A stretch of DNA of 64,000 bases from an uncultured Planctomycetota bacterium (GTDB lineage Bacteria; Planctomycetota; Planctomycetia; Isosphaerales; Isosphaeraceae): positions 5,984,001-6,048,000 of the forward strand of contig CAVTTN010000002.1 of the NCBI GenBank assembly GCA_963737655.1, written 5' to 3'. Below the pieces are notes generated by a model. It was not told the origin of the DNA. It did not search any database and was given only the letters and a program-made list of their open reading frames with translations. Made by a program: the position numbers and the translations under genes. This document shows, one piece after another, positions 46,701 to 59,200 of this stretch (positions are counted from its first letter, which is position 1; every line of letters starts with the position of its first letter).

Positions 46701-47856
46701 ACGCGACCGCGTTGACGACGACGTTGCTGACCGCGTTGGCGTCGAAGTGGACGAGCTGGCCGTCGAGGATCGCCGTGACCTCGCCGTCGGCGAGGCGATT
46801 GACGGTGATGGTGTCGCTCGTCGCGCCGTTCTGCCCCCCGGTGACGTTGAGCGTCTGATACGAGCCTTCGGTGAACTGGCCCTGGCTGGTGGACGGATTC
46901 GTGGTCACGAGGAATTTGGCCGAATAGCCGTCGGGGATGATGTAGCCGGTGTCGGCTCGCGACCAGTAGGACTGGACCATCACCCCGTTGACCCGGTAGT
47001 TGAACGACCTGGCGTTGCCATCCCCGAGCTGTTGAGCCTGGCCCCCGGGCTGTGACGGCCCGATCGAGATGCCCGGGCCGCCGAACGGGTCGGTCATGGT
47101 CTCGAGGGTCTCGTGCCCCAGGGTCACGGAGAACGGATCGCCCACGGCCAGGCGCGGGTCGTTCGTGGCGACCCCCTGGGCCCAGATCACGTGGGCGTCG
47201 CCGAACCCCAGGGTCCCGGGGTAGACCACCGCGGGATCGTCCTTGTTGAAACCGGAGGCGGTGCCCGCCGGCTGGCCGTTCGCGGCCGGAAACGAGTCGT
47301 AGACCCCCGGCGGGGTGACCACGACGTAGATCGGGGTCGAGCCGCCGAACGACGTCGGCGAGGGGAGCGAACTGGCCGTGATGGCGGAGCCGACGATCCC
47401 GAAGACGTTGCTGGTGAGGGTCGATTCCGCGATCGCCCCGGACCCGATTGCGGGGGCGGGGAGCGAGCAGATGTAGGACGTGGGATTGACGCTGACGTGC
47501 GGCGTGCCCCCCACGTACTGCTGGAGGCCGCCGAAGTAGGGGCTGCTCGCCAGGGCCCGGGCGTCGCCGATCTCGCCGTTGGCGTCGGCGTTGAAGACGC
47601 CCGGGGACGAGGTCCACGCCGAGGTCCCCCAGAAGACCAGCACGAGCGTCACGTTCGGGAGCTTCGCGCTCCCGCCGTCGGTCACCGTCTCCGACCCGTA
47701 CGACGTCGCCGGGAAGACGATGGTGGGGACGGCCCGGTCCTCGAGCCATTCCAGGCCGAGGCCGAGCCCGCGGCCGAACTCGACGCGGGCCCGTCGCGAG
47801 GGCCTCCGGTTCGTCCTCGGGCCGGGTCGGGTCGGGGAGGGGTTCGGGTGCGACAT
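43753..47856 (-). CDS. Large secreted repeat protein (about 1367 aa) with planctomycete LExLExR motif, Phi-1/EXORDIUM-like domain and RTX-like C-terminus
   Basis: LEWLEDRAVP; HETLETMTDP; about 110-aa repeats; GGAG/GQGGNDLL and LLIGGAG near the C-terminus. Confidence 0.8.
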   Translation of the reverse strand: MSHPNPSPTRPGPRTNRRPSRRARVEFGRGLGLGLEWLEDRAVPTIVFPATSYGSETVTDGGSAKLPNVTLVLVFWGTSAWTSSPGVFNADANGEIGDARALASSPYFGGLQQYVGGTPHVSVNPTSYICSLPAPAIGSGAIAESTLTSNVFGIVGSAITASSLPSPTSFGGSTPIYVVVTPPGVYDSFPAANGQPAGTASGFNKDDPAVVYPGTLGFGDAHVIWAQGVATNDPRLAVGDPFSVTLGHETLETMTDPFGGPGISIGPSQPGGQAQQLGDGNARSFNYRVNGVMVQSYWSRADTGYIIPDGYSAKFLVTTNPSTSQGQFTEGSYQTLNVTGGQNGATSDTITVNRLADGEVTAILDGQLVHFDANAVSNVVVNAVASATTVNLTGVWGYGTGVTINAATTSPVTINVSSDAGNEDNFLKSSLLINDPHRVTRLNLDDQHDPSAQNWMLDGTTFSLGGVPIVEYPSGRPGQVTLSTGPASGPVDVEAAPSPIILTLGGPGSNVSFASQGQSLRAIQQPVSIVGIVSTLNFLDYTDADTTAATVSLDAGFFSQSNASYVSFSGSPAINYYAGSENVAITAAGSSKNLDALVPSIRIFGGPGKDSLTVNDSAHLGLGEYNSGYILNSASVGRYFATNVVGVGLVNQSRLITFTSLTGGVTLDSDNVGTPVDVENSGVGPVTVNVGTGSTPVTLAPQYQSLAGFLGPVTLNGGPGADSLIVNDQKDPWTAGYLVFSGTYSSIYRTYTGPPYSTTVSFKGFGAVTLNTDNNGSAVDVEGINSPTTVDLGSGNTAVTVAGLGQSLSPFARVPSSPMPLTINGGPGSDSLAVDDQQDPWTPGGAYTVTASAVTRVNLGGSDPNFLTATINYSGISAGVTLNADNNGSSVDVEGTSAPTAVNLGSGNTAVSVESSGKDLGLLANDLTVTGGSGTDSLAVNDSLNPLAYTRSGTTTTSYSYAVTGQAISRTRLYHGLFVSRLARSINYANILGGVTVDTDNNGTPLDVEGTSAPTTVVVGSGATAISVTTSGQDLNLLGADLTVVGGAGADSLLVDDALNPNVTTTGRYSSYIYNYTVTNQAISRTTNFYGLIHGWSTRTVNYANIRGGVTFDTDNNGTPVGISGASGAGPVTIDGGAGVNGLTGPGAANSWSLTAANAGSLDGWVTFAGFANLSGGGLSDSFDFGPSGSISGNLNGQGGNDLLNYVRVSTPVAVNLATGKASGVGGSISGIQGVVGGSGNNALTGSGRSLLIGGAGASQLVGGAGDSLMIAGSTLYGLQDAALEAILTEWDRTDLGFAARAAHLTSGGGLNGSNVLTLSTVSNNGKADTITSNSVPGLSQSWIFASATDVILTRKPLDQVLILPGT
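44500..45870 (-). repeat. Four full plus one partial 105-115-aa tandem protein repeats
   Basis: Recurrent VT.xxDNxGxxVDVEG...PTTV..GSG.T...L...L.V.GG.G.DSL.V.D. Confidence 0.8.
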
Positions 47857-47951
47857 CGCGCTGGGTCCTTTCGAGGCGGCTTCGTCGGGGGTCCTCTGAG
47901 TGAAGGACTGCGCGAGGAGCCTCGTCCGGGACCGCGATTCCCGAGGCCGCG

Positions 47952-50900
47952 TCATCGGGCGCGAGCGGGCCCGGCGAGGACGGCCTGGGCCTCGGCGATC
48001 AGGGCGTCCACGTCGCGGGCCTGGCGGGGCGTCAGCCGGGCGCCCGAGGCCCGCCACGCCCGGGCCTCGTCCAGCGATCGCCGGGCGAGCTCGGCCCGGC
48101 CGGTCCGGTGGTAGGACGGCGACAGCACGAGCCGCCCGACCGGCGAGAGGGTCGCCCCCGGGGCGGTCGTCGCCTCGGCTTCGGCATCGCGGCCGAGCCG
48201 GGCGAGGGCCAGGGCCCGGGTCATGCGGTAACTCGCGTTCGCCGGGTCGGCCCGGAGCAGCCGGTCGGCCCTCTCGAGCGCCTCCGAGGGGTCGCGGTGG
48301 GCCTCGTCGGTGAGCAGCAGAGCCCAGGCGAGCGCGGCGTCGGTCTGGGCGTCCGCCGGCTTCAGCTCCAGGGCCCTCCTCATCGCGGCCAGGGCCTTGG
48401 CGTCCTCGCCGACCTGGTAGGCATCCCGGGCCACCGTCGCGACCCAGTGCGCGTCGTCCTTGCGGCCCTCGCAGGCCCGCTCGGCGTCGGCGAGGGCCGC
48501 GCGCCACTGGCCGAGGGATTCCCACCGGTGGCTCCGCTCGTGGTAATCCTCGGCACGGTCCAGGCGTCGGGAGAAGAGCCGCCTGAGCGGCTGGAACTGG
48601 AGCCAGGCCGCGTGCCTCGCCTGCATCCGGGCCAGGTCGTCCGAGCCGCCGCCCCGCACCTCGACGCGGAGCGGCGGCGGAGGCCCCGCGGGGGGGATCT
48701 CGGCGAGATCGGCCGTCTCGCCGCCCGGGCCGCCCCAATCCAGGCCCATCGTCGCCAGCTCGGAGCGGATCAGGGCCAGGTCCCAGATCAGGATGGCATG
48801 GCTGAGGTCAGCGGTCATGGCCAGTTGGCGACCGTCGGGGGAGAACGCGGGATGATTCTCCGTGCCCTGCCCGGGCGTCTCGAACGTCGCGAGCCGCCGG
48901 CCCGTGGCGGGGTCGTAGAGGCGGACCCGGTCCTTGGCGCAGCTCGCCAGGAGCGTCCCGTCCGGGCTGAACGAAATCAGGCGGCTCTCGGGGTCGAACT
49001 CGCGGAGCAGCGTCCAGGTCCCGACCTCCCAGAGCCGGCAGCCTTGCATGCTCGTCGCCAACCACCGGCCGTCGGGGCTGAACCGCAGGTGCGAGCGGAG
49101 CGGGGCATCCAGGACCGCCTCGCGCCGGCCGGTCGCGACGTCCCAGATGAAGACGCCCGCATCGGTCCCTTCGTGGCTGACGGTCGCCGCCCAGCGGCCG
49201 TCGGGGCTGACGGCGGCCGAACGGACGTCCGCTTGGGGCCTCAGGGGGCGGGGTCGCGCCGTCGGGCCTCCCGAGATCGCGAGCGGGGCCTGCCCGGGGC
49301 TGGCAACGACCAGGACCTGGCCGTCCAGGCTCGTGGCGACATTCCCGCCGTTGTCGCTGCGGTCGGCGCGGACGACCCGGGGCGGCCCCACGATCCGCCC
49401 GGAGGGCCCGCGACGCACCGGCCAGCGCAGCAGCCCGTTCGGGCCGAAGGTCAGGAGCGTGCCGTCGGCCTCGAACTGGACGTTGGACCAGGCCAGCGCG
49501 TCGATGTCGGCGAGCCACTCGGCGCCGGCCGAATCCCAGAACTGGACCCCGCGACGCGTGCGAGTGACGAGGAGGCGCCCGTCGATGTCGAACGACAGGC
49601 CCTGCGGGAGGCGGTCCAGCGCCTCGTCCCCCGGCAGGGCCCGGAGCTCGCGCCCGGCCTCCACCTCGAAGGCGTGGAGCGCCCGGCCGGTCTGGCCGAT
49701 CCCGACGAAGCGATCGTCGGCGCTGAACCGGGGGAAGGCATCGGTCTGCACGCTCAGCAATGGCTGCCCGGTGCGCGGGTCCCAGAGTCGCAGGACGCCC
49801 TCCCAGCCCTGGCTGGCCAGCAGGTCGCCGCGATGGTTGAAGGCGAGGAACACGCCCGCGTTCGTCAGGCCGGCGAGGACCAGCGGCGTCGCCCCGGGGC
49901 GCCCGGGCTCCCAGACGGTGATCCGGGAGTCGTCGCGCGCCACCGCCACGCGGCGGCCGTCGGGCGACCAGGCGACGTAGCTGATCGAGGCCGGCAGGTC
50001 GAGCGACGCGGTGGGGGTCGGGTCGTCCAGCCCCCGGACCCTGGCGGACCATCGGCCGGCGTCCTCGACGATCTCCACCAGGCTCCGGCCGTCGGGGTGG
50101 AAGGCCGCGAGGTGGAGCGTCCCCTCGCCCCGGGGCAGGGACCGCTTCCGCCCCGATCGCAGGTCCTGGACCCGGACCTCGCCGCCGAACGTCGCGTACT
50201 GGATCTCGGTCCCGTCGCCCCGGAAGCACAGGGACCGGGACGACGCCGAGCCCCGGGCTCGTCGGCCACGAGCTCGGGCCGGTCGCCATCGACCCGCCAG
50301 AGACGGAGCCGGCCGTCGCGGTAGCCGATCGCGAGCGTCCGGCCGTCGGGCCCGAACAAGGGCCAGCATGGGCCGGGCTCGCCGAGGTTCGGGAAGCGGG
50401 CGAGCTCGACGCGATCCGCCGAGCGATACAGGGTGCAGTTGCCGCCGTGCTCGAGGGCGAGGTGGCGCGAGTACGACGGGTCGGCCACGAAGACCCCGGT
50501 GCTGCCCGGGGGGGCCGGCCCCATCGAGCCGCCGGCGCGGATGTCGGGCAGGGCCAGCGCGGCGATGGCCAGGTCCCTCAGCACGTCGCGACGCGTCGCC
50601 ACGTCGTGGCGGGCCTCCTCGGTGCCTTCCGACGCCCAGGAGGCGAGCAGGCGGCCGGCGTCGCCGATGGCCTTCAGGCTGGAGAACCGCTGGCCCGGCC
50701 GTCGGCTGTACCTCCCGGCGTCCGCCTGGGCGATGTAGGCGTCGACGGCCCTTCGCCTCGCGTCGCGCGACGCCTCCACGGTGCGATTCCTCTCCCGCTT
50801 GAGCGCCGAGACCTGGTCGCGGAAGACGTAGGCCGCGGTGGTCATCCCCACCACGAGGACCACCGTCAGGGCCGCCGCGGCCACGCTCGCCCCGGCGAGC

Positions 50901-52274
50901 CACGGGTCGCGCTTGCACCACCGCCAGAACCGCTCGGGGACCGACACGGGGCGGGACCGGATCGGGTGCCCGGCCAGGAACCGCCGCAGCTCCTCGGCCA
51001 TCTCCCGGGCCGACCCGAACCGATCCTTGGGGTCCTTGGCGAGCGCCCTCAGGACGATGGTCTCCAGGTCGCGCGGCACCCGGCCGTCGACCTGGCGAGG
51101 CGGCGTGGGCCGCTCGTGGACGATGCGATCGATCAGGCGGAGCTGGTCGGCCCCGTCGAACGCGGGCTGGAGGGTCAGCAGCTCGTAGAGGGTCGCCCCC
51201 AGGGCGTACGTGTCGCCCCGGCGGTCCGACGCCCCCCGGAATCGTTCGGGCGGCATGTAGCGCAGGGTGCCGACCAGCTCCTGGGACTGGGAGACCTCCT
51301 CGACCGCCTCCAGCTTGGCCAGCCCGAAGTCGGTGACCCAGACGTTGCCCAGGGCGTCCAGGAGCAAGTTGGGCGGCTTGATGTCGCGATGGAGGACCCC
51401 CCGGCGGTGGGCGTAGTCCAGGGCGTCGGCGACCTGGGCGCCGATCCTCGCGACCTCGCGGTAATAGCGCCCCTCGGCCCCCCCGAGCGATCCCGAGCTG
51501 AGCCCGAACGAGCGCCGAGGGCCCTCCGCGGGGCCGTCCTCCCCGGGCGGATCGCCGTCCGGGCCCGGGTCGAACGGCTCGGTGGGATCGGTCGCGAGGC
51601 CCGGGGAGGCCGAGGGGACGAACTGGCCCGTGACGAGGCCCTCGGCGACGGGGCGCGCGCCCGTCGCCGCGTCCGCCCCGGGCGGGCGCCGGACGCCCGA
51701 TCCGGCGGTCGCCGACCCCTCCGAGCGGAGCCGGCGGAGGTCGGCGAGGACGTCGTCGAGCGGCTGGCCCGGGATGAACTGCATGGCGTAATAGCACACG
51801 CCGTCCTGCTCGCCGTAATCGAACACGCTGACGATGTTCGTGTGGTGCAGCCCCGCGGCCGAACGGGCCTCGACGTGGAACCGCTTCAGGTACTTGCCGT
51901 CGGCGCGGAACCGCGGGTGCATGACCTTCAGCGCGACCCGGCTCTTGAGCGACTCATGCTCGGCCTCGTAGACAACGCCCATCCCGCCCCGGCCGATCCT
52001 CCGGAGGATTCGATAGTCGCCCAGCCTCTCGGGCCGGGCCCGTCGGGCTCCGATCGGTCGGAGGCCGCGTCCCGGCCGGGGAAGGAGCCCGTGCCGGCGC
52101 CGAGCGCTCCAGCTCCACCAGCGCCGGGATCAGCTCGCGAAGCTCGTCGGCCAGGGCCGGATGCCGGCCCGCCAGCTCCGAGAGCGCGGGCCGCTCGCCC
52201 CGGCGGAATCGATCGAGGAACGACTCGACGATCGGGCCCAGGGCGTCGTCCGGCGGCGCCTGCGGATCGCTCAT
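47952..52274 (-). CDS. Ser/Thr kinase with TM, WD40 and TPR repeats (frameshifts near 52030 and 50250)
   Basis: MGVVYEA, HRDIKPPN, DFG, GTLRYM; FSPDGR repeats; TPR-like tail. Confidence 0.9.
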
Positions 52275-52930
52275 GGCCACATCCCCTGCCCGCCCCCCGG
52301 GAGCGCCGAAAGGATCTGCTTCAGGCGTTGCAACGCCCGGATGTAACGCTTCGTCGCCGCCGATTCCCCCAGCCCGAGCACCCGGGCGCACTCGCGGTTG
52401 GAGAGCTGCTCGAGGTGCCTCAGGGCGAGGACCTCGCGGTCGATCGGCTCCATGCGGTCGAGCGCCTCCAAGAGCCGGGTCCTCCGCTCCGCGCGGATCG
52501 CGACCTCGCTGGCCCTCGTGTCTCGGCCGAGGAGCTGCTCGGCGATCGCGGCCGAGGAGGCGGCCGGCGACGCCGGGGCGTGGATCGAGATGTCTCGACC
52601 CGCGTCGCGGGCCCAGGCCCCCAGGTGGCGGCGGTGGGCGATCTGCAGGCACTGGAGCGTCAGGAATCGCAGCCACAGGAACGGCGGCATCGGGTCCGGC
52701 CCGCGCGCGTACTCCGGCCGCCGCTCGGTCGCCTCCAGGTAGGCCTCCTGGATCACGTCCGACGGGTCGAGGCGGCCTCGCACGCGATCATCCATCCGCA
52801 GGGCGACCATCCGCCTCAGACGGCCGCGATGGGCGGCGAGGAACTCGCCCCAGGCCGAGGGATCGGCCCCCAGCTCCGGGGCGGGGCCCGGCCCGTCTTC
52901 TCTCTTCATCGGCCCTTGCTCGTGGTCCAT
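52271..52930 (-). CDS. ECF sigma-70 factor, planctomycete-type
   Basis: RLRRMVALRMD.R.RGRLDPSDVIQEAYLEA, FLWLR, DREVLALRHLEQLSN.E.A.VLG...KRYIRAL; overlaps kinase start. Confidence 0.9.
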   Translation of the reverse strand: MDHEQGPMKREDGPGPAPELGADPSAWGEFLAAHRGRLRRMVALRMDDRVRGRLDPSDVIQEAYLEATERRPEYARGPDPMPPFLWLRFLTLQCLQIAHRRHLGAWARDAGRDISIHAPASPAASSAAIAEQLLGRDTRASEVAIRAERRTRLLEALDRMEPIDREVLALRHLEQLSNRECARVLGLGESAATKRYIRALQRLKQILSALPGGGQGMWP

Positions 52931-53260
52931 ATAGGGATGAGACTGCGCGCGAGGCCCGCCCCGGGACAAGGATAATCCCGGAAAAAAGGCACGCGATTCC
53001 CGGCCGGTCCCGCGGCGCCGGCATCTCGCCAGGGCCGCCGGCGTCGCCTCGGTCCTCAGGTCCGGCGATTCACTCGGATCTGACGGCCGCGTCGGTCCCC
53101 GAGGTCCGGCCCAAAATGGGGAGCGAGTCCCTCGCCTCGGCCCCATCCGGCGGCCCGACGTCGGGGTCGACGCCCAGGGTCGGGCGGATGTCGCGATGCC
53201 TCAGGATCGCTGGGCAACCCGGGGCGCCCCCGTCCGGCGAGGTCTCGCCCGGGTCGGGCC

Positions 53261-56200
53261 TTACTTCCCCGTTTCCTTCCCTCGGTCCCGGGCGGCATCG
53301 AGGTGTCCCGGGGCGGGCCCGGGGCGTCCGTGGATCGTCGGGCGGAGCCTCACCAGCGTCTTTTTCGTGATCGTCGTCGAGAAATCGGTCCCGGGCGCCC
53401 CGGAGCCGGCCAGGGGCAGGCCCGAGGGGCCGGCGATCCCCCCGGGCGGCGTGCCGACGACCGTCAGCCGGTAGGTTTTGTAGACGTTCAGGGGCCGCCT
53501 GGTCGTCAGGAGCACGGTCTTGCCGTCCGAGGCGAGCTTGACCGACGCGAGGCCGACGGGCCGGCCTCCCGGCCCGATGATCCGGTAGTTCGCCGGGTCG
53601 GTGGCCCGGCCCGGATCGACCGCCGTGCCGAAGGTGACGACCAGAGTCGTCGGCTCGGCGTGGAAGCCGTAGCGCGCCACGCCCGCCACCGTCGGCGCCT
53701 CGGGGGCCGGTGGCGGCGAGGGGGCCACGACGACCAGCGTGACCGGGGCCGATGCAGAGGCCCTCAGCGAGGCATCCCCTCCGTAGATCGCGCTCAGGGC
53801 GTGCGAACCCGGGGCCAGGGACGAGACGACGACCTCGGCCCGGCCGCCGGGGGTCAGCGGGGCCGTCGCGATCGGCGCGAGGCCGTCGTAGAACGTGACC
53901 GTCCCCGAGGGCGACACGACCCCGGAGACCGTGGCCGACAGAGTGACCAACCCCCCGGCCATCGCCGGGTTCGGCGAGGCCGAGAACGCCGTCGAGGCCG
54001 CCGACCGGCCCACGTCGAACGTGACCGAGGAGGAGCTCGGCGCCGAGGTCGGATCTCCCCCGTAGGTGGCCGTGATCGTGTGAGCACCCGCCGGGAGGGC
54101 CGAGGTGAACGAGGCGGTCGCCGACGATCCGCCCGGCGTCTCGACGACCGGCACCGTCGCCACGGCCGCCCCGTCGACGGAGAAAGTCACCCCCCCGACC
54201 GGGGAGGACGAACCGGCGACCGTGGCCGTGAAGGTGATGGCCTGGCCGACGGCCGGCGAGGCGGGCGAGACGACTAGAGACGTCACCGTCGGGGCCGGGG
54301 CCACGTCCTGAGTGATCGCCGTCGAGGTGCTGGGGGCGAAATGGGCATCGCCGCCGTAGGAGGCGGTGACCTGATGGCTGCCGGCGCCGAGCCCGAGATC
54401 GCGAACGAAGCCGAGGCCGAGAGCCCGTCGGCCGAGGCCACGACCGGCACGGTCGCCACCTCCCGGCCATCGACCGAGAAGACCACGGAGCCGCCGGGGA
54501 CGCCCGTCGGGGAGGTCCCGGAAACCGTCGCGGTGAACGTGACGGCCTGCCCCAGGGCCGAGGGATTCGGGCGGGCCGAGAGGGTGGTGGTCGTCGAGGC
54601 CCGGCCGACAGTCGTGATGATCGTGGCCGCATCGTTCACCGAGTTGGGGTCGGCGATCGCCGAGGTCGCCGAGACCGTCACGGCGAACGACCCGGCCGCC
54701 GCCGCGGTGCCCGAGACCGTCACGGCGAACGACCCGCCGGGCGGCAAGAACGGGACCGACACGGTGAACCCGCCGGCCGAAGTCGTCACGTCCCCCTCCG
54801 AGGCCGTGACGGTCGCCCCGCTCAGGGACCCGGGCAGGGTGCCGGTGGCCACCAGGTCGAATGCGGGATCGGGACCGTCGTCCGTGATCGTGAACACGTC
54901 GTTCACGCCCTGGCCGATCGTGACCATCGAGGTCGCGCCGGAAGTGGGCGAGACGGCGAGGTCCGCGTCCCCGGCCGAGCCCGCCGCGAGATCACGGGCG
55001 AACTCGGAGGTATCCCCGGGCGAATCGGTGGCCGTGGCGGTCAGGGCATCCCCGGTGAGCGGCCCGGGCGCGACGAAGGTGAACGAGGCGTCGCCGTCGG
55101 AGTCGGTGGCGACGTCGGTGAGCTGGCCCAGGTACGTCTCCCCTTCACCGTAGCCCAAGGGGTCGGCCGCCCCGTTGGCGAAGAACTGGACCGTGAACGT
55201 CCCGTTCGGTGTGCTATTGAGCGTGCCGTAGATCGTCGTGGACGACCCGGAGGCGACGGCCGCGACCAGGACGGGATAATTCTGGAGCCGGTTGGAACCC
55301 TCGGGGAACGCTCCCGGGGTGTTCGGCGTGACGCCGTCCCCGCCCAGATCGATCCCGAGCCCGGCGTTGTCGTGGATCGAGTTGGAGAGGATCGGGTCGG
55401 CGAAGGCCGTGGGGCCCAGGAGCACCACCCCGTCCCCGCCGTTGTAAGCGACCACGTTGGCCGACGCGACGTCTCCGCCGATCGTGCTGCCGGCGTTGGA
55501 GACCGTGACCCCGCCCGAGGAATTGCCGAGGTGGAGGGTGCCGGTGGGATCGGTCCCGAGGAAATTGCCCGCGATGAGGTCGCCGCCGCCCCCGTAGGCA
55601 TACGCCAGGTCGATCCCGACCCCCGCGTTGCCGGAGATCACGTTGCCGGCCCCGTCGGCCGGGCCCCCGATGGTCTCCTGGCCGACGGTCCCGACGTCCA
55701 CCCCGTCCCGGCCATTGCCCAGCGGTGCGGTCTCCTCGGCGTTGGTCCCGATGACGTCCCCCTCCACCAGGTCCCCCAGGCTGCCCAGCGAGACCCCGGC
55801 CCGAGGTTGCCCGAGAGCAGGTTGCGGGCGCCCGCGGAGGTCCCTCCGATCGTGTCGCCCGGGGCGCCCTCGACCTCGATCCCGTCGCCTCCGTTGGCCA
55901 GGGCCGTCCTCCCGGTCCGGTCGGTGCCGATCGCGTTGCCCAGGATGGCGTTCAGGCCGGCACTAGTGAAGGAGACGTAGATCCCCTGCCGCGTGTTGCC
56001 CGAGATCACGTTCCCCTGCCCGGTCGCGTCCCCCCCGATCGTGTCGGAGCCGGCGGACAGGAGGACGCCCGCCACGCCGTTCGGGAGGGCCTTCGTGCCG
56101 GTGATGTCCGTGCCGATCTCGCTGCCCTGGACCAGGACATCGGCGCCCTCCACCACCAGGCCATTGCCCCGGTTGCCCGAGATCACGTCGTCGAGCACTT

Positions 56201-59200
56201 GCGACCCGCTCGCGACTATCGCCCCGGCGCCGTTGCCGAGGGCGACCGTGCCGGTGACGTCCACCCCGATGGAGTCGCCTTCGACGAGCGCCCCCGCGTC
56301 GGTGGAGAGTCCCGCCCCAGTATCGCCGCTGGCCCCGACCATATTGCCACTGGCCACGATCACGTCCCGATCGCCGGCCGCCGGGCCCCCGACCGTGGCC
56401 CCCGGAGAGCCGGTGAGCCGGATGCCGAACTGGGATTCGCCCCGGGTCGCCGCCCCCGATCGGTCGGTCCGGAAGTAGCTGCCCCGGAACAGATCGCCGG
56501 CCGAGCCGCTCACGCTGGCGCCGGCCCCGCTCGGAGAATATTCGCCCTGGCCGTTGGCCGAGATCAGGTCCCGAGCCGACGCGGCCGACCCGCCGATCGT
56601 CTCGCCCGGGGCGCCGACGATCACCAGGCCGGCCAGGGCGTTGCCGTCGACCGTCTCGCCGTCGGGGTCCAGGCCGAGGAAATCGCCTTCGATCGAGTCG
56701 CCGCCCGGACCTGAGAAGTGGATGCCCTCGTTGAAGCCGGTGATCGCCAGCCCGAGGACCGAGCTCGACCCGCCCGAGAGCGCCAGGCCGATCGTGCCGT
56801 CCGGGCGAGGGGGCGTCGTGGTTCGTGCGCCGTCGAGGCGGATCTGGATCGTCGCGTCGTCCCCCACGGCCAAGGTGTTGGGGGACGCCCCGGGCTGCGA
56901 GTACCCGTCGAGGATGACCGGCCGGGTGAGGTCCGGCAGCGGGGTGGCCGGCGCGATCGTGAACGGGCCGGCGCCGGGGATGTCGAACAGGATCGTGTCG
57001 GGCGACCCGCTGCTCGCCGCATCGACGTCGAGGATCGCCTGCCGGAGCGAGCCGGCGCCCGAGTCGTTCGTGTTCGTGACGACGAAGGTCCTCGGGAAGA
57101 CGGTGATCGTGACCGTAGCCACGTTCGAGGTCGCCGGCCCCTGGGTGTCCCGATAGGTGAATGAATCGGCGCCCGTGAATCCCGGACCGGGCGTGTAGGA
57201 GAACGAGCCGTCGCCCTCCAGCGAGACGCCCCCGTGGGCGGGCCCGGCGACCAGCTCGGGCACGAGGGGGGCCGCGCCGCCGGTCAGGTCGAAGTCGTTC
57301 GCCAGGACGCCCGGGGCGGAGACGTCCCGGGCCTCGTCGATCGAGGCCCCGTACGAGTCGTCGCCCGCATAGAGGGTGGTCGACGTGGACCCGATCGCCA
57401 CGTCGTTGGAGAATTCCGAGGTGTTGCCCGAGGCGTCGGCGGCCGTGGCGCTGGCGACGACGCCGCCCGGGTCGGGCTCGGTGGCGAGGAAGCTCGCGTC
57501 CCCCCGGGAATCGGTCGTCACCGCGACCTGGCCGAGGTAGGTCGCCCCCTGGCCGTAGCCCGAGGGGTCGAATCCGGGGTTGGAGAAGAACTGGATCGTG
57601 AAGGTGGCGTCCGGCGTGCTGTTGAAGGTCCCCTTGATGACGACCTGGCCATCGAGGGCCGCGGCGGCGATGAGGACCGGGGCATTCTGCGAGTCGTTCG
57701 GCCCGGAGTGCGGCCCTCCGGGGGCGTTGGGCGTCACGCCGTCGTCGCCCAGGTCGATGCCGAGGCCGGCGTTGTCGTGGATCGAGTCGAACAGGACGAG
57801 GTCGCCGGTGCCGAGGATCGCCACGCCCGGCCCGCCATTGTCGGCGATCACGACGGCCCCGGCGGCGGTGCCGCCGAGGGTCGTGCCCTGGGCACTCGCG
57901 GTCACGCCGCCGCCTGAGTTGCCGAGCCCCGGGTCCCCCTGGGGATCGGTGCCGATGAAGTCGCCCTGGAGCAGGTCGTCGTTGTCACTCGCGACGAGCC
58001 CGAAGCCCCGATTGCCCGAGATCACGTTGCCGGCCCCGGCGGTCGTCCCGCCCACCGTGTTGAAGCCGTCGATCAGGTCGACCCCGTCGCGGCCGTTGCC
58101 CAGGACGAGCCGGCCGCTTGGGTCCGTCCCGATGAAGTTGCCCTGGACGAGGTTATAGCTGGCGTAGGCAGAAGTCAGGACGATCCCGGCGCCCAGGTTG
58201 CCCGAGATCACGTTGCCGGCGCCCAGGGCCGTCCCGCCGATGGTGTTGGATCGCTCGTCGATGTCGTCGATCCCGTCGCCGCTGTTGGGCAGGGCCCGGG
58301 TCCCGGTGAGGTCGGTGCCGATCCGGTTGCCCTGGATCAGGTTCGACCCCTCCTGCTGAGAGGTCAGCGTGATGCCGTCCCAGCCGCTGGCCGAGATCAC
58401 GTTGCCCTGCCCGGCGCGGCGCCCCCGATCGTGTTCCGGCCCGCCGAGGAGTAGATCCCCGACGAGCCGTTTCCCAGCGCCTTCGTGCCCGTGACATCGG
58501 TGCCGATCAGGTTCCCCTGCACGAGGATGCCGTCGGCCGCCAGGTCAATCCCCGTGCCCGATCCCCCCGAGATCAAATTGTCGAGCACCTGGCTGTTCGG
58601 GCCCACGACCACGCCCGAGCCGTTGCCCAGCGCCTTCGTGCCGGTCACGTCGGTGCCGATCCGGTTCCCCTGGATCAGGGCATCCCCATCGGCGGAGACC
58701 CCGTGGCCATCGAGGTTCGTCCCCGTCAGGACGTTCGCGTCGGCCGGGGCCGGCCCCCCGACCGTGGCGCCCGGGGACGACCGGAGCCGGACCGCGCCGT
58801 TGGAGGCGCCCACGACCACCGTCCCCGTGCGGTCGGTCCCGAAGTAGCTGCCGAGGATTACGTCCCCGGCCGAGTCGCTCGCCAGGACGCCCTCGCCGAA
58901 GTCGTCGAAGGTCAATCCCTCCCGGCTGCTGGCCGCGATCAGGTCCCGGTCTCCGGGCGCCGTCCCGCCGATCGTCACCGCCGGGGTCCCGTCGAGGAAC
59001 ACGCCGAAGTCCGCGTTCTCGTCCAGGGTGGTCCCGTCCGCGTCGAGGCCCACGAAGTCGCCCGCGATCAGGTCGACCCCCGGGCCTTCCAGGTGGATCC
59101 CGTTGTTGAAGTCCGTGATCGACAGCCCCCGGACCAGGCTGCTCCCGCCCGAGATCGCCAGGCCATCGACCGAGGCCCCGGCCTTCGCGCCGTCGAGGCG

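Noticed and set aside
47857..48738. N-terminal extension of the 1661-aa ORF 43753..48738
   Set aside because: Overlaps the kinase 3' end in another frame; the plausible start is MSHPNP at 47856 after an AAGGA RBS
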